A DNA stretch of 64,000 nt from Macrostomum lignano (Eukaryota): assembly GCA_002269645.1 (NCBI GenBank), contig NIVC01003729.1, forward strand, positions 16,216 through 80,215. The letters run 5' to 3'. This document shows positions 28,756 through 38,080 of this stretch, one piece after another. How positions within the stretch are numbered: position 1 is the first letter of the stretch; each line of letters begins with the position of its first letter. The notes beneath the pieces are model-generated. The model made no database searches, was not told the DNA's origin, and saw only the letters and a program-made list of their open reading frames with translations. A program made the translations under genes and the position numbers.

Positions 28756-29770
28756 TCACTCTGGTATCTAGGAAAGAGTCACTCTGGTATCTAGGAGAGA
28801 GTCACTCTGGTATCTAGGAGAGAGTCACTCTGGTATCTAGGAGAGAGTCACTCTGGTATCTAGGAGAGAGTCACTCTGGTATCTAGGAGAGAGTCACTCT
28901 GGTATCTAGGAGAGAGTCACTCTGGTATCTAGAAGAGTCACTCTGGTATCTAGGAGAGAGTCACTTTGGTATCTAGGAGAGTCACTCTGGTATCTAGGAG
29001 AGAGTCACTCTGGTATCTAAGAGAGAGTCACTCTGGTATCTAGGAGAGAGTCACTCTGGTATCTAAGAGAGTCACTCTGGTATCTAGGAGAGAGTCACTT
29101 TGGTATCTAGGAGAGAGTCACTCTGGTATCTAGGAGAGAGTCACTCTGGTATCTAGAAGAGTCACTCTGGTATCTAGGAGAGAGTCACTCTGGTATCTAG
29201 GAGAGAGTCACTCTGGTATCTAGGAGAGAGTCACTTTGGTATCTAGGAGAGAGTCACTCTGGTATCTAAGAGAGTCACTCTGGTATCTAGGAGAGAGTCA
29301 CTTTGGTATCTAGGAGAGAGTCACTCTGGTATCTAGGAGAGAGTCACTCTGGTATCTAGAAGAGTCACTCTGGTATCTAGGAGAGAGTCACTCTGGTATC
29401 TAGGAGAGAGTCACTCTGGTATCTAGAAGAGTCACTCTGGTATCTAGGAGAGAGTCACTTTGGTATCTAGGAGAGAGTCACTCTGGTATCTAGGAGAGAG
29501 TCACTCTGGTATCTAGAAGAGTCACTCTGGTATCTAGGAGAGAGTCATTCTGTTATCTAGAAGAGAGTTACTCAGGTATCTAGGAGAGTCATTCTGGTAT
29601 CTAGGAGAGAGTCACTCAGGTATCTAGGAGAGAGTCACTCTGGTATCTAGAAGAGTCACTCTGGTATCTAGAAGAGAGTTACTCAGGTATCTAGGAGAGA
29701 GTCACTCTAGTATCGAGGAGAGAGTCACTCTGGTATCTGAGAGTCACTCTGGCATCTGAGAGTCACTCTA
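28756..29770. repeat. 23-bp minisatellite (GAGAGTCACTCTGGTATCTAGGA) with shorter 20/21-bp variants
   Basis: GTCACTC recurs at 28801 and 28824 (period 23); the array degenerates near 29530-29770. Confidence 0.97.
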
Positions 29771-30179
29771 AGAGCCCTTCGGGTGCTTCTGTGTCGGACA
29801 GTGAGTTACTTAATAGAATAATTAGACAAAAAGACATTTCCTGAAACAAACCAACTATTAGCATTCTCTAATGTGTTATCAAGGTCAAATTGACTTTCAC
29901 AGAGAACGTTTTCTGCCCTCTAAACTTAAGAGGTAATTTTTTCATTCGAGTGTTGCATAATTGCATGTACATACTAGCTAGAAATCACGTGACTCTTGGC
30001 GAGTAACAGCAATAGGTTAGCAAAACTTAGTCAATTAAATCTTTCACATTTTGCAACCCACTTTTCTAGCCTAACTTTAGCGAGTTCTACAATGGGAGAC
30101 AATAAAACTCGTGGAAAATTTATCCGCGGAAATCTTCCATTTAGACAGGTGGCTTCAGCTTGTAGGACTGAAAATTGCC

Positions 30180-30218
30180 TATAAATTTGGGAGCATGTTA
30201 GAGATTAGGAGTTCAGTT
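30180..30218 (+). promoter_or_regulatory. Candidate core promoter of the knottin gene: TATAAA plus Inr-like TCAGTT
   Basis: TATAAA at 30180-30185 and TCAGTT at 30213-30218, about 70 nt upstream of ATG 30286. Motif match only, and the spacing (about -35) is slightly long. Confidence 0.4.
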
Positions 30219-30285
30219 CGCGCTAAAGGTTTGCTTTGATTTATGTCTAAAACTGCTACAACAGTCTTTTGTAACTTTGGTGACC

Positions 30286-30385
30286 ATGCAAGCGTCCACC
30301 TGTACAATAATTATTGTTCAGTATTTTGGGTTTGCTCTGCTTCTGGTAGCAATGCTGCTGTCTACTGTGCCTGACCTGGTTGAAG
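30286..30385 (+). CDS. Secreted inhibitor-cystine-knot (conotoxin-like) peptide, exon 1: signal peptide MQASTCTIIIVQYFGFALLLVAMLLSTVPDLVE-G
   Basis: Manual translation gives 33 codons + 1 nt with a hydrophobic core. It ends at a strong donor AG|GTAAGT (30386) in phase 1, compatible with exon 2. The exact start Met is less certain. Confidence 0.8.
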
Positions 30386-30419
30386 GTAAGTGCGTTGGAT
30401 TTGAGGTTTATCTACTAGA

Positions 30420-31387
30420 CAACTGAAGGTTATCTGAGAGACACCTGAGGGTTATCTGGAAGACACCTGAGGGTTATCTGAGAGATACCTGAGGGTTAGC
30501 TCAGAGACACCTGGTGACTAATCTGAGACACACCTGAGAGAGTTATCTGAGACACACCTGAGAGAGTTATCTGAGACACACCTGAGAAAGTTATCTGAGA
30601 CACACCTGAGAGAGTAATCTGAGACACACCTGAGAGAGTTATCTGAGACACACCTGAGAGTTATCTGAGACACACCTGAGAGAGTTATCTGAGACACACC
30701 TGAGAGAGTTATCTGAGACACACCTGAGAGAGTTATCAGAGACACACCTGAGAGAGTTATCTGAGACACACCTGAGAGAGTTATCTGAGACACACATGAG
30801 AGAGTTATCTGAGACACACTTGAGAGAGTTATCTGAGACACACATGAGAGAGTTATCTGAGACACACTTGAGAGAGTTATCTGAGACACACATGAGAGAG
30901 TTATCTGAGACACACATGAGAGCTATCTGAGACACACCTGAGTTATCTGAGACACACCTGAGCGAGTTATCTGAGACACACATGAGAGAGTTATCTGAGA
31001 CACACCTGAGAGAGTTATCTGAGACACACCTGAGAGAGTTATCTGAGACACACCTGAGAGAGTTATCTGAAACACACCTGAGAGAGTTATCAGAGACACA
31101 CCTGAGAGAGTTATCTGAGACACACCTGAGAGAGTTATCAGAGACACACCTGAGAGAGTTATCTGAGACACACCTGAGAGAGTTATCTGAGACACACATG
31201 AGAGAGTTATCTGAGACACACTTGAGAGAGTTATCTGAGACACACATGAGAGAGTTATCTGAGACACACATGAGAGCTATCTGAGACACACCTGAGTTAT
31301 CTGAGACACACCTGAGAGAGTTATCTGAGACACACGAGAGAGTTATCTGAGACACACCTGCTGAGAGAGACACCTGAGAGTTATCTG
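30420..31387. repeat. 24-bp minisatellite (AGTTATCTGAGACACACCTGAGAG) filling the knottin intron
   Basis: Period 24 (30541 vs 30565); internal 354-bp duplication marked by the AGCTATC variant at 30921 and 31275. Confidence 0.97.
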
Positions 31388-31416
31388 CTATAACTATAAT
31401 ATTTCACCATCCGCAG

Positions 31417-31502
31417 GGTGCTACAGGAGCGGAGTCTATTGCACCTATCATCGCCAGTGCTGTTCCAGACGCTGCGCTATTCACTTCAGGCAGTGCGCTT
31501 AA
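31417..31502 (+). CDS. Secreted inhibitor-cystine-knot peptide, exon 2: mature CYRSGVYCTYHRQCCSRRCAIHFRQCA*
   Basis: Acceptor CCATCCGCAG| at 31416. The phase-1 join gives VEG|C, a C-x6-C-x5-CC-x3-C-x6-C framework and TAA at 31500-31502. Confidence 0.88.
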
Positions 31503-31787
31503 ACTTCATCGGGAGGATCAATTACAACGTCAAAAAAATCTGAGCTCGATTCGTCTTGGAGCTATTGCAGATGTTCGACTGACATGAATTTTTTAGCCCC
31601 TGAAACAATTCTTTTGTGTTTTCTTTTATTATTAGGTGTTTAACTAATTGATATATTGCACATTCGTACGTGTACATGCACATGGGTATGGCATGGCATC
31701 GTACGTACGTCGATCATGCACAGTATGTAAATGCGTTTTACTGACAACTTCTTCATCTCGTATTAGTAAAATTTTGCATTGGATTTT

Positions 31788-31793
31788 AATAAA
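31788..31793 (+). terminator. Candidate polyadenylation signal of the knottin gene
   Basis: AATAAA about 285 nt downstream of the stop codon, in AT-rich sequence. Confidence 0.4.
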
Positions 31794-32052
31794 TCAAACA
31801 GGAGTTCTTCACATTAAAGGAAATTAGGAAATTGCAGTGTTCGTTTCAATTTCTTAACGGATTATCTACTATATACTCGTACAAACAAGTTGATATACAG
31901 AGCACAATTTTAATTTCACTAAGAACCTATAACAGTGAACTACTGCAAGTAGCGTCGCATGAAGATATCTATAAGTATTCGCAACAGAAAAAGAGATAAA
32001 AAATTAATAATATACGAGTATGAAACTTCAATCGATATCATTGTGCAAATAA

Positions 32053-32215
32053 GGGGTCTGTAGCCCAGTGGTCTGGGACGACGCTGATGTGCCAGCCGCC
32101 CATGCTCGATTCCAATTGCAGTCGCATTAATTTGGGGTTGAATTGGAATCTCGGCTTGGCTCTGCTCGTGCAATTATCGGCCTTGAGGGCCAACCCCCCA
32201 AGGCGCAGTGAAGTG
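32053..32215 (+). mobile_element. tRNA-derived SINE-like element or tRNA pseudogene head
   Basis: Pol III A-box TAGCCCAGTGG (32061-32071), B-box-like GCTCGATTCC (32104-32113) and a partial acceptor stem (GGGTCTG / CAGTCGC). The T-stem pairs poorly, so it is not a functional tRNA. Confidence 0.45.
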
Positions 32216-32217
32216 TA

Positions 32218-33516
32218 CAGTGGCGCACAATGAATTAAGACCAACTAACACAAATTGAACTTTTAACTTCATAACCTACACAGATTGCGGGAGCATTCTG
32301 ATCTAATCAGATATAGAAAACTGTGGTATCAATCAATTAAATTAGTAATGTGTTGGGTAATTACACGCGATTGAGTGTGCATAATTGGAGTCCCTTGTCT
32401 GACTTTCGAATTCGATGAGTCACACAGTAATAAGACCACTTAATTACTTGGGTCTATAAGGTGCTATAAAAGTGTCCCTGCTGATTCTGATTGTCCAAAA
32501 CATAATTCAATACTACTCCAAGCAAAAAGTTATCTCGAACTCTTCTAGAATAGGGAGAGGCAGAGCTCCATCGCCTGAGTCGTGTAGGAAAATCAAGGCC
32601 CTGTTCGACCAAGGAATTTCCCAGCGTGCCAAAGCAGTGGCAGCACAGGCTGTGCCCCAAGACTTGTCAGGGCACCGAAAACTGACCACCGACTGGATCG
32701 CCGCATTGTTCGATTGCCCGAGTCCAACCGTCGGCTCACCGCTGTGGACATCAGCCGTGAACTTTTGCAGTGTCCAGTGGTGTCCAGCTGCACTCCATGA
32801 CTGTCCGCCACCGTTTGATAGCTGCCGGACTACATGGCCGCATTGCTAGGAAGAAGCCATTTATCTCCGACAAAAACCGGAAGCGGCGCGAAGTAGCATG
32901 CAAGCTGGGCACCCCAAGACTGGGCCGAGACCAATTGGAGTGACGAGAGAAAATTTTCTCTCACTGGTTCTGATGGTCGCCGGTATGTGCGCCGCCGAGC
33001 TGGTGAGGAATTCGATCACAGGTGCACCATTGGTACCATTGGTACCATGAAGCATGGAGGTGGCAATGTCATGGTGTGGGCTGCAGTATTCTCCAGAGCT
33101 GGACCTGGGCCAATAACTCGCATTGAGGGCGTCATGGACAGTCAGAAGTACCTTGACATCCGCAGCTGCCACCTACCAGAGGCAGCAGATGCGCCGCCAG
33201 TGAGTCCAATGCACAGCTGGCAGTTTCGGCAGGACAACGATCCCAAGCACACCTCCAAGGTTGTGAAGGCATGGCTTGCTGATAACAACATCCACACCAT
33301 GGACTGGCCAGCGCAGTCACCAGACCTCAATCCGATTGAGAATCTGTGGTCGAGCGGGACATCCAGAGGCAGCAGCCAGCTAATACTATACAAATAACAA
33401 AAAATAATATTTCTACAAGCATTACTTCCAATTTAGTACTTGAATTTACCTTAAAGACCAGTATGGCAAAGAAAAAATAATTTTACTTGGTGGTCTTAAT
33501 TCATTGTGCGCCACGG
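32218..33516 (+). mobile_element. Tc1-family (DD34E) DNA transposon, full length, decayed
   Basis: 26-bp TIRs (CAGTGGCGCACAATGAATTAAGACCA at 32218; reverse complement ending 33516, 1 mismatch) with TA on both sides; 1299 bp. Confidence 0.95.
32550..33397 (+). pseudogene. Tc1 transposase, frameshifted
   Basis: Pieces read (I)GRGRAPSPESCRKIKALFDQGISQR, KHGGGNVMVWA and QDNDPKHTSK...WPAQSPDLNPIENLW, with 34 residues between the second D and E. The start appears mutated (ATA), and there are several frameshifts and a 9-bp tandem duplication. Confidence 0.92.
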
Positions 33517-34419
33517 TACATGCCTAACGATTAATAAAGTTAGGGCAGCTGTACACTCCTCTGCGTATGACTGCGTACGTATCCACGTGCGTGTGTGCCT
33601 GCTCAGGGGAGTCGGCGGAATGAGCAGCAATAACTAGATATATTGTTGTTCTTCTATCTATCGTAGTTTCATGTAAAAAGTAAAAACAACGCAAAACACT
33701 CTACTCAAAGAAAGTAGGATAAGCAGGATTTCATTGGTGCAGGAATAAAATTCAATAATAGCTATAGTTTAGTAGCAATTTTTTGTATTTTAATATTGTA
33801 TACACTGTAGGTTTTACATTATCAACTACATAAAAATTGTAAATTTTTTGCTTTTGTAAAGGCGGCATGCAAATTGTAGAATAAATTAATAATTAGCATT
33901 AATAATTAAAGCACGTGATTCTCCTAAACGATTCAAATATCTACAGTAATAAAATTAACAGCCAAACAGGGGTCTTTGACGGCAAATAAAAAGACAGTAA
34001 AAATGAGTTTTCGGACGGTTTAGCAGAAATATTAAGCAGTTTTGTTATGACGCCAAGGCGAATGAAATTTCAGGACGGGAAAACGAAGATCAGCAGCGAA
34101 GCTGGAATGCACAGTTTTGAAAAAAATTGGACGAATGATGTTTTGTTATAACTTGCTAGCGAGCTAACGTGAATTAGATATTTAATGAAAACAGACGTTA
34201 AACAAAACAATAAAACTATAATTAACTAGTCATAAAAGTGTAGAAAATACAAGTCAGAGAGTTATAAAAGATGCAATTTGTATAATTAAACGAGTGTGAT
34301 CGGTAAAATTGAAAATTGCCAAGGTTAATAAAAATTTGCAGCTAATTAATTACGAGTATTTCGGTAAGCAAAGTACATCAACGTCTGTGGAATGAATTGC
34401 GTAAATAAATTATTAGTTC

Positions 34420-35451
34420 AAAACACACCATCCAGCTGAGTCATTAAGCCCTACTCAACCAAAAACAACCAAAACTACTACTCACTCAGCTGAGCCACTC
34501 AATCCTACTCAACCGAAATACCCAGTCAGCTCAAAAGCTACTCACTCAGCTGAGTCACTCAATCCTACTCAACCGAAATACCCAGTCAGCTCAAAAGCTA
34601 CTCACTCAGCTGAGTCACTCAATCCTACTCAACCAAAACACCCCAGTCAGCTCAAAAGCTACTCACTCAGCTGAGTCACTCAATCCTACTCAACCGAAAC
34701 ACCCCAGTCAGCTCAAAAGCTACTCAATCAGCTGAGTCACTCAATCCTACTCAACCAAAACACCCCAGTCAGCTCAAAAGCTACTCAATCAGCTGAGTCA
34801 CTCAATCCTACTCAACCGAAATACCCAGTCAGCTCAAAAGCTACTCACTCAGCTGAGTCACTCAGTTCTACTCAACCGAAACACCCCAGTCAGCTCAAAA
34901 GCTACTCACTCAGCTGAGTCACTCAATCCTACTCAACCGAAACACCCCAGTCAGCTCAAAAGCTACTCACTCAGCTGAGTCACTCAATCCTACTCAACCG
35001 AAACACCCCAGTCAGCTCAAAAGCTACTCACTCAGCTGAGTCACTCAATCCTACTCAACCGAAACACCCCAGTCAGCTCAAAAGCTACTCACTCAGCTGA
35101 GTCACTCAATCCTACTCAACCGAAACACCCCAGTCAGCTCAAAAGCTACTCACTCAGCTGAGTCACTCAATCCTACTCAACCAAAACACCCCAGTCAGCT
35201 CAAAAGCTACTCACTCAGCTGAGTCACTCAATCCTACTCAACCAAAACACCCCAGTCAGCTCAAAAGCTACTCACTCAGCTGAGTCACTCAACCAAAACA
35301 CTCTAGTCAGCTCAAAAGCTACTCACTCAGCTGAGTCACTCAATCCTACTCAACCAAAACACCCCAGTCTACTCAAAAGCTACTCACTCAGCTGAGTCAC
35401 TCCATCCTACTCAACCAAAACACCCCAGTCAGCTCAAAAGCTACTCAATCA
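34420..35451. repeat. 60/61-bp minisatellite abutting the stop codon of trx copy A
   Basis: Lines 34501 and 34561 are identical (period 60). The unit carries the palindrome ACTCAGCTGAGT; about 17 units. Confidence 0.96.
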
Positions 35452-36203
35452 GTTGAGGAACTTCCTGCAGCTCACGGACCCGCAGTGACAGGCCACCTTG
35501 TCCTCCTCCTTATCAAACCGGTAATCGTACGTCAGCTCCTCTCCAGCCGCGATGTCCCGCCCAGCAACTATCAGAATTCGCTGGTCCATGACTCGAGTCA
35601 CGCAGTTTGGTGAGCAGCTGTGGTTGATGAAGCGCGCTGGGCCACCCTTCATGCTGGCGTCAATCACCCACTGCCAGTTCACCTTGAACAGGTAGCAGTC
35701 AATGTTGCGGCTCTGGTAGAATTTCTCCTTGGCCTCAGACAGGCTGGCTCTGATGAGCTCTCCAGTGTACTCAACTATGAACTCGGCCTTCGCAAACGGC
35801 CGCACAGCGAACAGGCCCAGGCCATGGATACTGGATGGTAGCACCTGGACTCTGCACTGCCAATGCTCACTGCGGGCCACACGAATCTGGTTGCGAACTG
35901 TGGCCACCGCAGCCTCCTCGCTGCACTGCTGCTCAACTGTCGTCACGGGCCTGCGGGCTGAGCTCAGCAGGAAGCTGAAGGTGCGCTTCAACTGCGAGTT
36001 GCCCGCTGAGGCCTCCGGCCTACTGGCTGCCTTGAACGGCTCTGAGCGGGCGCAGCCGCTGGCGTTTGGCGAAGACTCCTGCTTGCGCAGCTGCGCCCAG
36101 CGGTGGATCAGGTAGATGGGGGAGTAGCCGCTGCAGAATCCCAGCTGTTCCAGGCACCACACAACTCTGGGATGGACAATTCCTACTGAACTCCAGCCGT
36201 TGC
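35449..36203 (-). CDS. trx: Trithorax/KMT2A-B-like H3K4 methyltransferase copy A, last exon (FYRC end, WIN motif, SET, post-SET)
   Basis: GCARSEP WIN motif, IHGLGLF, EYTGELIR, RFINHSC, ELTYDY and CxCxxxxCRKFLN*. Acceptor CCCGCAG| at 36204, phase 1. Confidence 0.95.
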
Positions 36204-36417
36204 CTGCGGGAGTTAGGAATTAATGGAGGGGTGAGAAATTTACAATTAATTGATTCGTTAAAAGTGCACAGATCATGAACGCATAAGATCTGTGTGATGT
36301 ACTCGTAGACTATAAAATAAGGAAATATAAATGTTGTTAAAGTAAATAACCGGCATGCTTCAATTTTGGGGAGTGTGGACTTTTTTATAAATAGGTGACT
36401 TTGGCTTTCAGAGGGGG

Positions 36418-36980
36418 GTGCATGGGATTTGAGATGCATGGGATTTGAGATGCATGGGATTTGAGATGCATGGGATTTAGAATGCATGGGATTTGAGATG
36501 CATGGGATTTGAGATGCATGGGATTTAGAATGCATGGGATTTGAGATGCATGGGATTTGAGATGCATGGGATTTGAGATGCATGGGATTTGAGATGCATG
36601 GGATTTGAGATGCATGGGATTTGAGATGAATGGGATTTGAGATGCATGGGATTTGAGATGCATGGGATTTGAGATGCATGGGATTTGAGATGCATGGGAT
36701 TTGAGATGCATGGGATTTGAGATGCATGGGATTTGAGATGCATGGGATTTGAGATGCATGGGATTTGAGATGAATGGGATTTGAGATGCATGGGATTTGA
36801 GATGCATGGGATTTGAGATGCATGGGATTTGAGATGAATGGGATTTGGGATGCATGGGATTTGAGATGCATGGGATTTGAGATGAATGGGATTTGGGATG
36901 CATGGGATTTGGGATGCATGGGATTCGAGATGTTGGGATTTGAGATGAATGGGATTTGGGATGCATGGGATTTGGAATGT
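36418..36980. repeat. 16-bp minisatellite (GCATGGGATTTGAGAT) in the last intron of copy A
   Basis: Period 16 (36421 vs 36437). Confidence 0.96.
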
Positions 36981-37069
36981 AGATCTGATTACTAGCGAAA
37001 ATCTTGGCTATTTTATTGATTTCATACAGTGCAAAAGAGCCTGAATAAATTAACAAAATCAAAACTCAC

Positions 37070-38060
37070 CAACACGCAAAGTCAAACACTCAGCGGGAGC
37101 CTGCTCACTCCAGCACTCGCCCACCATCTGGCACAGCCGCCTCATCACCATGACTGGATGGGAGGCGCACAGTCGCAAGGACTCTTCGCGAGACGCCAGC
37201 ACAAAGCGCACCTTGCCAGACTCAGCCTGCAGTCTCCAGTCGTAGATGCTGATCTTGCCAGCCTCCCGGATGCTCCAGAACTGGCGCTGGGCCCTAAAGC
37301 CCACAGGCAGCAGCACGGTGCCCATGGAGCCGGACTCTGCACGCAGGCAGCCAAGCCGGGTGATCAACAGGCCGCCAATCCTGACGGTCACCTCATCAGG
37401 CGGCAGGGACACCTCGCAGAGGCTCTGGTCCGCTGCACCCACCACCAGCCGCTGGCACAACAGGCGGCCAAAGTCGCTGGGCGGAAGGTCGCAGCCTGCA
37501 AACTCTGCAATGTCGGCGCAGTCGCTGCAGCGGCACTCGCAGAGGTCGCTGAACTGCCAGCCAGACGTCAGGGCGCAGCCAAGGTGACAAACCCGAGGAC
37601 ACGACAGGCTCAGACAATCGATGCTCGCTCCCACCTTGCCGCACTCTGAGCACCTGTTGCCCCGAGCTCTGCGCACAGCAGCCCGAACTCCCTGAATGCA
37701 GTCGCTCTCGTCAACTCGAATCTCCGGCGAGAACAGCGCGCAGCCCGCGTGAATCCAGGAGGTCCGCGCGCTTGGCAGCAGCCGCCCCAGCACCGAGTCC
37801 TGCTTCCTCTGACCGCACAGCTCGCATTCGCCAGCTCCATCAACTGCAGTCGCCTCTCTCAGCTTCCTCACTGACAGCTCCCGGCACTCCTTCACCATCG
37901 AGCAGCTCAACGTGTCAGCGTCAACCGGCTCCGGGCGCTTCGGCGCTGCATCCAGGACCTCCGCGCGGAGATCAGCAAGGCGAAGCCACGAGAACAGCGC
38001 AGCAACTCCTTCTTCCAGGGCCGTTGACAGCAGCGCACAGTCCGGCAACTTCTTCGGAAT
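37070..38060 (-). CDS. trx: trx copy A exon: extended PHD (ePHD), FYRN and start of FYRC
   Basis: CELCGQR...WIHAGCALFSPE...CSECGKVGASIDC...CHLGCA, then VRIGGLLITRLG...LPVGFRAQRQFWS. Acceptor CCATCCACAG| at 38061, donor GTGAGT at 37069; 991 nt, phase 0 to phase 1. Confidence 0.92.
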
Positions 38061-38080
38061 CTGTGGATGGAGAGGTTGCT

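Noticed and set aside
30518-31373. ORFs with 8-aa repeats (RELSETHL, VSQITLSG, CVSDNSLR)
   Set aside because: Translations of the 24-bp minisatellite, which lies in the knottin intron.
36020-37062. 299-aa and 225-aa ORFs with SHASQIPCISNPMHLK repeats
   Set aside because: Read-through of the 16-bp intronic minisatellite.
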